A stretch of 64,000 nucleotides of DNA. Source: an uncultured Gemmatimonadota bacterium. Its GTDB lineage: Bacteria; SM23-81; DAOVCL01. The stretch spans positions 22,551 to 86,550 of the forward strand of contig CAZVGK010000011.1 of assembly GCA_964626665.1 (NCBI GenBank), given 5' to 3'. The notes below the pieces were generated by a model that was not told the origin of the DNA, searched no databases, and saw only the letters and a program-made list of their open reading frames with translations. The translations under genes and the position numbers were made by a program. Each line of letters begins with the position of its first letter. Positions within the stretch are counted from its first letter, which is position 1. Shown here piece by piece: positions 9,660 to 19,430 of this stretch.

Positions 9660-10373
9660 ATGAGTGAGATTTACAATGTCTATTGTGACGAATCATGCCA
9701 CCTGGAGAACGACCATCAAAGAGTGATGGTGTTGGGTGCGGTTTGGTGCCCATTGGACAAGGTTCGTGAAATTGCCGTGCGGCTGCGCGAGATCAAAATA
9801 CGCCACGGCTTAAAACCCGATTTTGAAGTCAAGTGGACTAAGGTATCTCCTGCTAAGGCTCAACTTTATATAGACTGGATGGATTACTTCTTCGACGACC
9901 ACGACCTGCACTTTCGCGCTTTGATTGTGCCGGACAAATCAAAGTTACGCCATGAGGCGTTCCCAGGCCAGGAGCATGACACTTGGTATTACAAGATGTA
10001 CTTTGATATGCTTAAAGTAATTTTTAGTCCCCAGGCGAGCTATCGCATTTACCTTGATATCAAAGATACCCATGGCGCAGCAAAGGTCAAGAAGCTACAC
10101 AATGTGTTATGTAGCAACCAGTACGATTTCACCCACGAAATCATTGAAAGAGTCCAGTTGGTGCGATCCCATGAAATTGAAATACTACAACTGGCCGATC
10201 TCCTGATCGGCACAGTGTCCTATAGGAACCGCGGGCTCCACGGAAATGAGGGGAAACTCCGTTTGGTGGAGAGAATGAAACGGCGTTCGGGGTATAATCT
10301 GAAGACGACGACCCTGTTGCAAGAAATGAAGGTCAACCTGTTCCGGTGGCACGCCAGGGAGATAAAAAGGTGA
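9660..10373 (+). CDS. DUF3800 domain protein (RNase H-like fold; resembles phage P1 RlfA)
   Basis: N-terminal YCDESCH, EVKWTKV and C-terminal LQLADLLIG, typical of DUF3800. Confidence 0.85.
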   Translation: MSEIYNVYCDESCHLENDHQRVMVLGAVWCPLDKVREIAVRLREIKIRHGLKPDFEVKWTKVSPAKAQLYIDWMDYFFDDHDLHFRALIVPDKSKLRHEAFPGQEHDTWYYKMYFDMLKVIFSPQASYRIYLDIKDTHGAAKVKKLHNVLCSNQYDFTHEIIERVQLVRSHEIEILQLADLLIGTVSYRNRGLHGNEGKLRLVERMKRRSGYNLKTTTLLQEMKVNLFRWHAREIKR

Positions 10374-10866
10374 ACCTAGTGCCAGAGTGGTTACCGCCAC
10401 TCGTTCAGCTAAGTGACTATGGAGGCAACTGGGATCAGTATCTGGAGGCCCTGTATAAACACTTTGAAACTGATTTTGTCAAAAGTAGGCCTCGATTCCA
10501 CAAACGGAGATTGGGCCTAAAGAGACACCCGTTATTGCAGGGAAGAGAGGCCACATTCTGGCATATGATCTCGGAGGGACGAGATGAGACGTCACGAACA
10601 CCGGATCTGAGACGATGCAAGCGGGTTCGCTGGATACGTGCTGTCATTGAACATGCGGACGATCCGGCAGTCAAGGTGTGGGAGAATACGCGGCGGGGAG
10701 AGCGCAGAATTTGTTTATGGTTGGAAGAGCAAGAATATCTGGTCGTTCTCGCTGATCGAAAGAGATGTTACCATGGACAGCGTACATGGTAACTCGTAGC
10801 CATCGCAAGCGTAAACTACGAAAAGAGTTTGAGAAATGGCAGAGACAACAAGGTAAAAATAGCTGA
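10370..10866 (+). pseudogene. DUF3800-associated partner protein (P1 RlfB-like), frameshifted near 10765
   Basis: GTGA overlap with the DUF3800 stop. Contains EATFWHMISEG...PDLRRC..VRW. The frame stops at 10792, but an alternative frame continues LPWTAYMVTRSHRKRKLRKEFEKW to TGA 10866. Confidence 0.7.
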
Positions 10867-10920
10867 TGCCGCCCCGAAGGACGGCATCGTTACTCCTTCT
10901 ACACATGGCAGATGAACTAT
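10855..10920 (-). ncRNA. Putative ~65-nt structured small RNA convergent on the DUF3800 operon
   Basis: Minus strand AGUUCAUCUGCCAUGUGUAGAAGGAGUAACGAUGCCGUCCUUCGGGGCGGCAUCAGCUAUUUUU has a GAUGCCG/CGGCAUC stem, a cUUCGg tetraloop and a U-tract. A promoter lies directly upstream. Confidence 0.6.
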
Positions 10921-10924
10921 TGTA

Positions 10925-10953
10925 AATATAAGAAAAAAAATTAAGGATGTCAA
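10925..10953 (-). promoter_or_regulatory. Near-consensus sigma-70 promoter for the antisense small RNA
   Basis: Minus strand TTGACA (10953-10948)-17 nt-TATATT (10930-10925). Confidence 0.7.
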
Positions 10954-11326
10954 GCATTTTTTGGGGGGGTTGACTTTTCTTGCAACTGAGTAGGGAGGGA
11001 GTGTAATTGACTAACTATTCGGGGCTTACCCTCATTGATGGTTGAGCATCGCCATATTCGCTGGGGTTGGTTGAAAATTAGGTACTCTGCCCCCTCGCAA
11101 CACCAATGAGAACTCTACGCGTGAAAACAAGGCAAAAGCTACAAGCTTTTCCACAGTCAATAGCTTCGCCTCCTCAGGCTCTTGAGTATTTTTACTAAGA
11201 TTGTTGATTAAAAATACTAAATACTGGCTCAATTTTTGTTAAAGAATCCCTCTTATTTATAATGTGTTTTCCCGGTTTGCAAACAGTTCAAGGTGATTCG
11301 AAAAAATGGTTGCATTGCATAGGGGA

Positions 11327-14300
11327 ATGATAAACGATTACTCAGAAGATAGGCTTATCGAACAACCCACCATCGCGTTGTTTGAAGAACTCGGTTGGGA
11401 GACAATCAACTGCTTTCAGGAGTTCGCCCAAGTGGGTGGCAGCCCCCTTGGGCGGAAGACAAAGGCAGAGGTGGCGCTCCTCTCCCGGCTTCGACCTGTA
11501 TTGGAGCGGCTGAATCCGGATTTACCGCCAGAGGCCTTTGATTTAGCGATCGAGGAACTGATCCGCGACCGCAGTGCTATGAGCTTAGCCCAAGCTAACC
11601 ACGAGATATACCTCCTCATCAAAGATGGCGTGAAGGTGAAAATTCGTGCTGACCGTAGTAAGGGGGAGACCGTTGAGACCGTCCGGGTGATCGACTGGAA
11701 CGAACCAGGAAACAACGATTTTTTGCTGGCCTCCCAATTTTGGGTGACAGGAGAGATGTACACCAGACGGGCAGATCTGGTCGGTTTTGCCAATGGTTTA
11801 CCTCTTTTGTTCGTCGAACTTAAGGCATCTCACCGCCGGCTGGAGACGGCCTACACCGGTAACCTTACCGACTACAAAGATACAATTCCACAGCTCTTCT
11901 GGTATAACGCGCTGATCATCCTCTCCAACGGCAGCCTCAGCAAGGTGGGCAGTGTCACATCCACCTGGGAGCATTTCGTGGACTGGAAAAAGGTTAACAG
12001 CGAAGGAGAAGAAGGAATCATCTCCCTGGAAACGATGATCCGCGGCATTTGTGAGCCAGCACGATTGCTCGACTTAGTGGAAAACTTTACTCTGTTTATG
12101 GAGGCTCAGGGTGGTCTTATCAAGTTGGTGGCCAAGAACCACCAGTATCTTGGGGTAAACAACGCAATTGTGGCGCTTAAAGATATTAAATTGAAGAAAG
12201 GAAGGCTTGGCGTCTTCTGGCATACGCAGGGTAGCGGCAAAAGCATTTCGATGATCTTTTTCTCTCAGAAGGTGCTGCGCAAGATTCCCGGTAACTGGAC
12301 TTTTGTCATCGTAACGGATCGAAAGGAGCTGGATCAACAGATCTACAAGAACTTCGCCAATAGCAAAGTAATCACTGAAAAGCAAGCTCAGGCAACGAAT
12401 TCCGCCAAACTGCGCCAGTTATTGCGGGAAGATCATCGTTATGTCTTTACCCTCATCCACAAGTTCCGCACCGCAAAGGGAGAGGAGCATCCTGTCCTCT
12501 CGCAGCGTTCGGATGTTATTGTTATTACCGACGAAGCACACCGCAGCCAATACGATACGCTGGCTTTGAACATGCGGGTTGCCTTACCGAACGCTTCATT
12601 CATTGCCTTTACCGGCACACCACTGATCGTGGGAGAGGAGAGAACGAAACAGGTTTTCGGCGACTATGTGAGCATCTACAACTTCAAGCAGTCAGTAGAT
12701 GATGGAGTTACTGTGCCGCTCTACTACGAAAGCCGCATCCCCGAACTGCAGTTGAGTAATGAGAATCTTAACGAGGATATGGAGGAATTGTTAGAAGAAG
12801 CCAAACTCAATGAGGAGGAAGAGGAAAAGCTGGAGCGGGAGTTTTTCCGGGAATACCATTTGATTACCCGAGACGACCGGTTAGAGACAGTGGCCGAGGA
12901 TATAGTCGAGCACTTCACAAATCGGGGATTTGCGGGCAAGGCAATGGTAGTCTGCATCGACAAGGCTACAGCGGTGCGGATGTACGACAAAGTGCAGAAG
13001 TACTGGAAACGGAAGATGAAACGCTTGCGCCAGGAACTGAAGAGGACATCCGAGGATACACGATCCGGGATCGCAGCTCAAATCCGGTTCATGGAGGAGA
13101 CCGATATGGCCGTTGTGGTTTCCCAATCCCAGAACGAGATCGCCGAGATGAAGAAAAAGGGGGTAAACATCATACTCCATCGCCAGCGGATGGGGAAAGA
13201 GGATCTCGACACCAAATTCAAAGATGCTGACGACTGTTTTCGCGTTGTATTTGTCTGCGCGATGTGGATGACGGGCTTTGATGCACCTTGCTGTTCGACA
13301 ATCTACCTCGATAAGCCAATGCGGAATCATACCTTGATGCAAACAATTGCGCGGGCGAACCGCGTTTTCAGGGACAAAGTCAATGGCTTAATTGTGGATT
13401 ATGTGGGGGTCTTCCGTAACCTACAGAAAGCGTTGGCCATCTATGGCTCTGGTTCGGGAGGTGGGGTGGAGGAAGGCGACACGCCAGTAAGGGATAAATC
13501 AGCCTTGGTGGAGCAACTAAAGCAGGCCATTGCCGAGACGACAGCATACTGTGTGGAGCATAAGATTGACCTGGATGTAATCCAAGCCGCCAAGGGATTT
13601 GAGAGGGTAAAACTGCTGGACGACGCAGTGGACGCCATCCTTGTCGATGATGAATCTAAGAGACACTACCTTATGCTGGCAGGAACTGTCAACAGGTTCT
13701 ACAAAGCAATTCTGCCCGATCCGAGCGCCAAGGAACTGAGCCCAAAATGTAACCTCTTCGATGTAATTGTCCAGAAGGTTCACTCTATCAAACCACCGGT
13801 CGATATCTCCGATGTAATGAGGGAAGTAGAGAAGCTCCTTGATGAGTCTGTCGCTGCTCAGCCCTATATGATTCGCAAGTCAAAGGTCCCACGCATCAAG
13901 GATCTAAGCAAGATCGATTTCGAGATGTTGAAGGCCAAGTTTGAACGTTTGCGTAAACGCACAGTGGTAGAGAAACTCAAAGGGGTCATTGGCAGAAAGC
14001 TCAACCAGATGATCCGCCTCAATCGCCTGCGGATGGATTATCTGGAACATTTCCGGAAGATGATCGATGAGTACAACGCGGGAAGTATGAACATCGACGA
14101 GTTCTTCAAGCAGCTTGTTGACTTCGCGCAGAGCCTGAACGAGGAGGAAAACCGGCATATTGCGGCTCAGTTATCTGAAGAGGAGCTTGCCCTATTCGAT
14201 CTTCTGATCAAGCCGAAGATGGAACTGAGTAAACAAGAGCGCCGCCGGGTCAAGAAGGTGGCTCGTGAGTTGCTCGAGACCCTGAAGAGGGAGAAACTTG

Positions 14301-14485
14301 TTTTGGATTGGCGAAAGCGTCAACAATCAAGGGCAGCGGTAAGGTTGACTATCGAGGAAACGCTGGATAAGCTTCCCCAGTGCTACCCACAGCAGTTGTA
14401 TCGACGGAAGTGTGACATAGTCTATGAACATATCTACGAATCGTATTATGGTCAGGGGCAAAGTGTCTATTCAATTGCGGTTTGA
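11327..14485 (+). CDS. hsdR: Type I restriction endonuclease subunit R
   Basis: Nuclease motif ADLV...VELK, Walker A HTQGSGKS, DEAHRSQY, FTGTP and QTIARANR. Start at ATG 11327 after AGGGGA (ORF track starts at 11306). Confidence 0.95.
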   Translation: MINDYSEDRLIEQPTIALFEELGWETINCFQEFAQVGGSPLGRKTKAEVALLSRLRPVLERLNPDLPPEAFDLAIEELIRDRSAMSLAQANHEIYLLIKDGVKVKIRADRSKGETVETVRVIDWNEPGNNDFLLASQFWVTGEMYTRRADLVGFANGLPLLFVELKASHRRLETAYTGNLTDYKDTIPQLFWYNALIILSNGSLSKVGSVTSTWEHFVDWKKVNSEGEEGIISLETMIRGICEPARLLDLVENFTLFMEAQGGLIKLVAKNHQYLGVNNAIVALKDIKLKKGRLGVFWHTQGSGKSISMIFFSQKVLRKIPGNWTFVIVTDRKELDQQIYKNFANSKVITEKQAQATNSAKLRQLLREDHRYVFTLIHKFRTAKGEEHPVLSQRSDVIVITDEAHRSQYDTLALNMRVALPNASFIAFTGTPLIVGEERTKQVFGDYVSIYNFKQSVDDGVTVPLYYESRIPELQLSNENLNEDMEELLEEAKLNEEEEEKLEREFFREYHLITRDDRLETVAEDIVEHFTNRGFAGKAMVVCIDKATAVRMYDKVQKYWKRKMKRLRQELKRTSEDTRSGIAAQIRFMEETDMAVVVSQSQNEIAEMKKKGVNIILHRQRMGKEDLDTKFKDADDCFRVVFVCAMWMTGFDAPCCSTIYLDKPMRNHTLMQTIARANRVFRDKVNGLIVDYVGVFRNLQKALAIYGSGSGGGVEEGDTPVRDKSALVEQLKQAIAETTAYCVEHKIDLDVIQAAKGFERVKLLDDAVDAILVDDESKRHYLMLAGTVNRFYKAILPDPSAKELSPKCNLFDVIVQKVHSIKPPVDISDVMREVEKLLDESVAAQPYMIRKSKVPRIKDLSKIDFEMLKAKFERLRKRTVVEKLKGVIGRKLNQMIRLNRLRMDYLEHFRKMIDEYNAGSMNIDEFFKQLVDFAQSLNEEENRHIAAQLSEEELALFDLLIKPKMELSKQERRRVKKVARELLETLKREKLVLDWRKRQQSRAAVRLTIEETLDKLPQCYPQQLYRRKCDIVYEHIYESYYGQGQSVYSIAV

Positions 14486-14576
14486 GATGAAAGCGAACCA
14501 ACCCACTGCCCAGATGTTTTAGCGCTTCGCAAACAACGGACCCTTAGCTGACATTGCTCAATGGAGAGGAGATGTT

Positions 14577-15359
14577 ATGATGAACAACCCAATAATCGAA
14601 ACGATGCTGAAGCGGAAGTCAATTCGTCGCTATAAGGATAAATCACCCTCTGATGAAGTGATAACATCCATCGTCCGAGCAGGCCAACAGGCTCCGTTTG
14701 CTTCTCAACTTTACAGCCTGTTACTATCGCGCAATAAAGAAGGAAATCCCTTTGGGGCACCATTGCTATTCACGGTCTGTGTGGATTCCCACAAGGTAGA
14801 GCTTGTTATGGCCCGAAGAAATTGGAAGTTGATCACTAATGATCTCTCCCTGTTGATTTTTGGCATCCAGGATGCCTCCCTAATGGCAGAAAATATGGTG
14901 ATTGCCGAGGAAAGTTTGGGATTGGGGAGTTGCTTTCTGGGGGATGTCCCTTACCGAGCCGAGAAGATTGTAAAAGAATATCAATTGCCCCAGCGGGTCT
15001 TCCCTTTGGTTCAATTAGCTATGGGGTATCCAGCAGAAAACCCACCTCCCCGGCCGCGATATCCTCTGGAGTTTGTTCTTTTTGAGGATGAATATCCTGA
15101 GTTCAGTGAGGAGATGATTAGTAAAGCGATGAGGGAAATGGACGAAGGGTATCTGGCACAGGATTACTACCGTAAGGGAAACTACAAGATCCCTTTGGAA
15201 GGAGAGCGTGAAGAGACATTTACTTTTGATAATTATGGGTGGAGCGAACACATTTCTCGGAAGTGGGGACAATGGTTTGCTTCGCCACAGGATCTGCTGG
15301 AGCAGTTTACGAAATGTGGTTTTCATATAACTGAAGTTGATCAGAAAGAAGTTGAGTAG
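14577..15359 (+). CDS. Nitroreductase family protein
   Basis: KRKSIRRY, AENMVIAEESLGLGSC and LAMGYP. Confidence 0.9.
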   Translation: MMNNPIIETMLKRKSIRRYKDKSPSDEVITSIVRAGQQAPFASQLYSLLLSRNKEGNPFGAPLLFTVCVDSHKVELVMARRNWKLITNDLSLLIFGIQDASLMAENMVIAEESLGLGSCFLGDVPYRAEKIVKEYQLPQRVFPLVQLAMGYPAENPPPRPRYPLEFVLFEDEYPEFSEEMISKAMREMDEGYLAQDYYRKGNYKIPLEGEREETFTFDNYGWSEHISRKWGQWFASPQDLLEQFTKCGFHITEVDQKEVE

Positions 15360-15392
15360 CAGCGAAATCGTTATTTGGAGTCTTAAGCTAAA

Positions 15393-16616
15393 ATGGTTAA
15401 AGCATTTGGGCTAATTGTTATTGTCTTGGCCAAGATATGGGTGGTTACACCCGAGAATATAGTTCTATCGGATTCTGCCTCTGGTTCCCCGACGACCGAT
15501 AATACATTCCAGACGGTAATCGACCATGCACAGGCTGGAGATACACTCCTTCTCAAGCCAGGCAGATACGAGGCAACCCCAAAGCCCTACCGAGAGGCAA
15601 TTTGCGGTAACTGTGTTGATCCACACACCGAAGTTAATGTTACCGTTGGCTTCCATATCAGCGGAAAGCCACTTGTCATCATCGGTGAAGATCAGGATAG
15701 CACTGTGCTGGTTACTAATGGAGGCTATGGAATTCTCTTTGAGAACAGCTATGGCTCTTATATCGGGAACTTAACGGTGACTGGTGGTATCCGTGACCCC
15801 GATGGCAATGCGACGGATGCTGCCTTTGTGGTGAAGAATAGCCGTGTAACCATTGAAAATGTGCGTATTGTTGCCAATACCCACAGGATTGATACAGTGA
15901 TCGTAGGCATTGGCGGCATATATGGTAGAGAGGGGGCAGAGTTACTCATCTTCAACAATATCATCAGGAACAACGGATGGGATGGTGTGGCCCTCTACCG
16001 GGGGGCAACCGCAGTGATTGCCGATAATGTGATTGAAAATGGTCGAGGGGCAGGCATAGGTATAACCTGGGATGCCACTGCAATCGTATATAGAAACAGG
16101 ATTTCCGGATACTGGAAAGGCATTGGGGCATTCGGCAACTCAAGGGTAGTGGCCAGGAACAATGCGGTCTTTGATAACCTTGGCTGGGGCATCATTGCCA
16201 CTGGTAATTCCTATATGGAGGTGGTCAACAATGCGGTTTACCACAATGGTAACTGTGGGTTTGCCGTCTGGGAGGAGACGGCAAGGGGGATCCTCAAAAA
16301 CAACATTATCGCCAGAAATGGCTGGAAGGAGGAATGGGTATGTCCAGGTGTGGGCGTCTGGATGAATACCGCAATAGAAAAATTCCCGGTTGTGTACAAC
16401 AATGTCTGGAACAACACTGCGGGTAATTATGAGGGGATTGAGGACCAAACCAACTGGAATGGCAATATCTCGCAGGATCCTCTGCTTGAAGATGATCAGT
16501 CTTTTAGGTTGAAACCTGGGTCACCGTGTATAGATGCAGGCGACCCTGAAATCCTTGATCCCGATGGGACCCGTTCGGATATGGGCCCCTTCGGTGGTCC
16601 CCTTACTCGCTTTTAG
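15393..16616 (+). CDS. Secreted right-handed parallel beta-helix (pectin lyase-like) protein
   Basis: Signal peptide, repeated NNII.NN...G motifs and a C-terminal SPCIDAGDP...DMGPFGG tail. Confidence 0.8.
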   Translation: MVKAFGLIVIVLAKIWVVTPENIVLSDSASGSPTTDNTFQTVIDHAQAGDTLLLKPGRYEATPKPYREAICGNCVDPHTEVNVTVGFHISGKPLVIIGEDQDSTVLVTNGGYGILFENSYGSYIGNLTVTGGIRDPDGNATDAAFVVKNSRVTIENVRIVANTHRIDTVIVGIGGIYGREGAELLIFNNIIRNNGWDGVALYRGATAVIADNVIENGRGAGIGITWDATAIVYRNRISGYWKGIGAFGNSRVVARNNAVFDNLGWGIIATGNSYMEVVNNAVYHNGNCGFAVWEETARGILKNNIIARNGWKEEWVCPGVGVWMNTAIEKFPVVYNNVWNNTAGNYEGIEDQTNWNGNISQDPLLEDDQSFRLKPGSPCIDAGDPEILDPDGTRSDMGPFGGPLTRF

Positions 16617-16826
16617 CCTGAATAATGCATATGCCACAAAGACACCAAGCCTCAAAGTGTTGATTGAATACGGACGGTGTTTTCCTGTATAGTTTGGGAT
16701 AAAGATCCGGGATAAATCCTGTTATCCCCTTAGAAAAGCCCCACCGCAGGCGGCTAAGTTGAAGAAAGGAGCACTGATGAAAGAGTTTAGGTTAAGTGGG
16801 GAAGGCCTGAAGGGCAGAAAGGCCTA

Positions 16827-18956
16827 ATGATGGAGGCTGCGATATGCCTCCTTCTTTCAGTTGTGTTGGGGACGATCGCGATAATTCCTAAGGTAACGGC
16901 CCAGCCGATACCCGAAAAGAGGATTCTGCATCCTGAAACAAGGAGGGAGACGGTTGTAGATACCTTGCACGGCACAATAGTAAAGGATCCCTATCGTTGG
17001 CTGGAGCAGGGCGACTCACCGGAAGTAAAAGAGTGGGAGGATACACAGGATGGCCTTACCCGCTCGAGATTGGACTCTTTGCCGATACGAAAAGAAGTAT
17101 TGGCCAGACTCAAAGAATTATGGACTTATCCAAACCAAGGTGTACCAAGCAAATACGGGGAGCGGTATTTCTTTTGGAGGACAGACGGTGTGCAGGAACG
17201 TTGGGTCTTCTGTGTGCAGGAAAGCTTGGGTGGTGAATCTAAGGTGCTCATCGATCCGAATGGCTTGAGTGAGGAGAAAACCATCTCCCTGGATTATGCC
17301 CAGCCATCAGAGGACGGTGAATGGGTAGCTTATGGATTATCGGAAGAGGGGACTGAAAATCCTGTGTTGCGCATACTTGATGTCAACACGGAGGAAATCT
17401 TACCCGATAGTCTGGGTGGTTGGCGTCAGGGAGGGGTTTCCTGGGCCCACGATAATAAGGGTTTCTTCTACTGTAGGTATCCCACACCGGGAAGTGTCCC
17501 CAAAGGTGATGAGGTCTATTATCGAAAAGTTTACTATCATCGGTTGGGTGCGCCAACGAGTGAGGACTCTCTTATATTTGAATATCCGGAAAAGAAGGAG
17601 GTCTGGTGTGGTGCTTCGGTTTCAGAAGACGGACGCTATCTAACAGCCTATGCAAACCTCGGTGGTAAGAATGAGCTCTATATTAAAGATCTTTCCAAAG
17701 GTGGGGATTTTGTTCCCATTGTTACTGGTTTCAAAAACAGCTATTGGGGCTCGATAATAGAGGGCAAGCTTATATTGCAGACAGACTGGAACGCACCTCA
17801 TAATCGTGTGTTTAGTGTAAACCTAAACAATCCTGCACGCAAAAAGTGGATTGAGATTATACCAGAGCAGAAAGATGTTCTCAGATACTGTAATCCGATT
17901 GCCGGAAGGTTATATACCGTATACTCCCATAATACCTACACAAGATTGAAGATCTATACTCTGAGAGGAGAGTATGTAAGGGAACTAAAACTGCCCACAC
18001 TTGGGGCCGCAGGAGTCCACGGTCGCTGGAGAGATAAAAATATCTTCGTCACCTTCTCTTCATTTGCCTTTCCACCTGTAATCTATCGATACGATTTTAA
18101 GAGAGACACCCTTGAGGAGTTCTTCCGTCCACCCATAAGGGCTGATGTCTCAGACATCGTAGTAAAGCAAGTCTGGCACAAATCTAAGGATGGCACACAG
18201 ATCCCGATGTATGTGATTCATAATCGTGGTATCGTGCTTGATGGAACAAACCCAACTTTGTTAACGGGATACGGCGGCTTCCGCATCAGTATGAGGCCAC
18301 AGTTCTCCTCTAATTTGATTTTTTGGCTGGAGAAGGGTGGGGTCTATACCCTACCCGGAATACGCGGTGGTTATGAGTTTGGAGAGCAGTGGCACAAAGC
18401 AGGGATGTTGGATAAAAAGCAGAATGTGTTCGATGACTTTATCGCCGCTGCAGAATGGCTTATTAAAAATGGGTACACCAATCCTGAGAAACTGGCCATA
18501 AGCGGAGGGAGCAATGGCGGCCTTTTGGTGGGCGCTGTGGAGGTGCAACGGCCGGAGCTCTTTAAGGCAGTCATCTGCCAGGCGCCCCTCTTGGATATGT
18601 TGCGTTACCACCTCTTCTCGGTAGCCCGTTACTGGATTACCGAATATGGCAGCGCAGAAGACCCAAAGCAATTCAAATACCTCTTGGCATACTCCCCCTA
18701 TCACAATATGAAGGTAGGGGCGAGGTATCCGGCCACTCTACTTGTCGCTGGAACAAAGGATGCCCGAGTTGACCCCATGCACGCCAGGAAAATGACGGCC
18801 AGGCTACAGCACGCCACAACAGGGGATGGCCCCATACTCCTTTCCCTGAGGCGAAAGTCCGGTCACGGCGTGGAGATGGCCAAAAGCAGGGCGATGAGCG
18901 AGGAGGCAGATGTCTGGACATTTCTCATGTGGCAATTGGGTATGATAAGGGATTGA
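16827..18956 (+). CDS. Prolyl oligopeptidase (S9A family), secreted
   Basis: DPYRWLE; catalytic GGSNGG, DARV and SGHG triad motifs. Confidence 0.95.
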   Translation: MMEAAICLLLSVVLGTIAIIPKVTAQPIPEKRILHPETRRETVVDTLHGTIVKDPYRWLEQGDSPEVKEWEDTQDGLTRSRLDSLPIRKEVLARLKELWTYPNQGVPSKYGERYFFWRTDGVQERWVFCVQESLGGESKVLIDPNGLSEEKTISLDYAQPSEDGEWVAYGLSEEGTENPVLRILDVNTEEILPDSLGGWRQGGVSWAHDNKGFFYCRYPTPGSVPKGDEVYYRKVYYHRLGAPTSEDSLIFEYPEKKEVWCGASVSEDGRYLTAYANLGGKNELYIKDLSKGGDFVPIVTGFKNSYWGSIIEGKLILQTDWNAPHNRVFSVNLNNPARKKWIEIIPEQKDVLRYCNPIAGRLYTVYSHNTYTRLKIYTLRGEYVRELKLPTLGAAGVHGRWRDKNIFVTFSSFAFPPVIYRYDFKRDTLEEFFRPPIRADVSDIVVKQVWHKSKDGTQIPMYVIHNRGIVLDGTNPTLLTGYGGFRISMRPQFSSNLIFWLEKGGVYTLPGIRGGYEFGEQWHKAGMLDKKQNVFDDFIAAAEWLIKNGYTNPEKLAISGGSNGGLLVGAVEVQRPELFKAVICQAPLLDMLRYHLFSVARYWITEYGSAEDPKQFKYLLAYSPYHNMKVGARYPATLLVAGTKDARVDPMHARKMTARLQHATTGDGPILLSLRRKSGHGVEMAKSRAMSEEADVWTFLMWQLGMIRD

Positions 18957-19084
18957 GGGAGGAGCGGGGATCTGCGACTAACACCGAATGATACCGAAAA
19001 GTGAACCGCTCCACCCACAGGGCAGGGCAGCGAAGACATTTTCCTCCCCCTTGCCCTGTGTAGTAAGTTTCACGACTACACGGG

Positions 19085-19167
19085 GCGAGATGGGGGAGGA
19101 CTAAGGAGAGGGTGAGAATTGGCTCCGCTTTCCCCCTCACCCTAACCCCCCCAGAGGAGAGGGAACC
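19085..19167. repeat. REP-like palindrome family (GGAGAGGGTGA...CCCTCACCCTAACCC)
   Basis: Related copies at ~54250-54320 and ~59796-59825. Confidence 0.6.
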
Positions 19168-19430
19168 AGTAGGCTTCATGAGGCAACTCCTTAAAATTTG
19201 TGTCAAGTTTTACAGCCAGCAATTGTAAATTGTCCCGATGGATCGGGAAAATTATCCAAATGAAAGCCAAGATGTAGATTCAACAGGATGGAAGCAACAA
19301 TAAATATTGCTTTTACACTTTGCAATTTTCGATTTGAAATTCGAAGCTTTGCCCAGTCTATGCTGCCACAGCCAGATGATTTGCCCGTCCCGAGCCGGGA
19401 AGGCGAAGCTTCGCTAGCCAAGAGGTCAAA

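Noticed and set aside
10816-10887. 23-aa hydrophobic minus-strand ORF (MPSFGAASAIFTLLSLPFLKLFS) with an AAGGAG RBS, as a type I toxin
   Set aside because: It is antisense to a Lys/Arg/Glu-rich coding tail, which produces hydrophobic codons automatically. The predicted terminator also falls inside it.
11032-11232. 66-aa minus-strand ORF between the small RNA and hsdR
   Set aside because: No RBS or recognisable motif; probably spurious or a decayed remnant.
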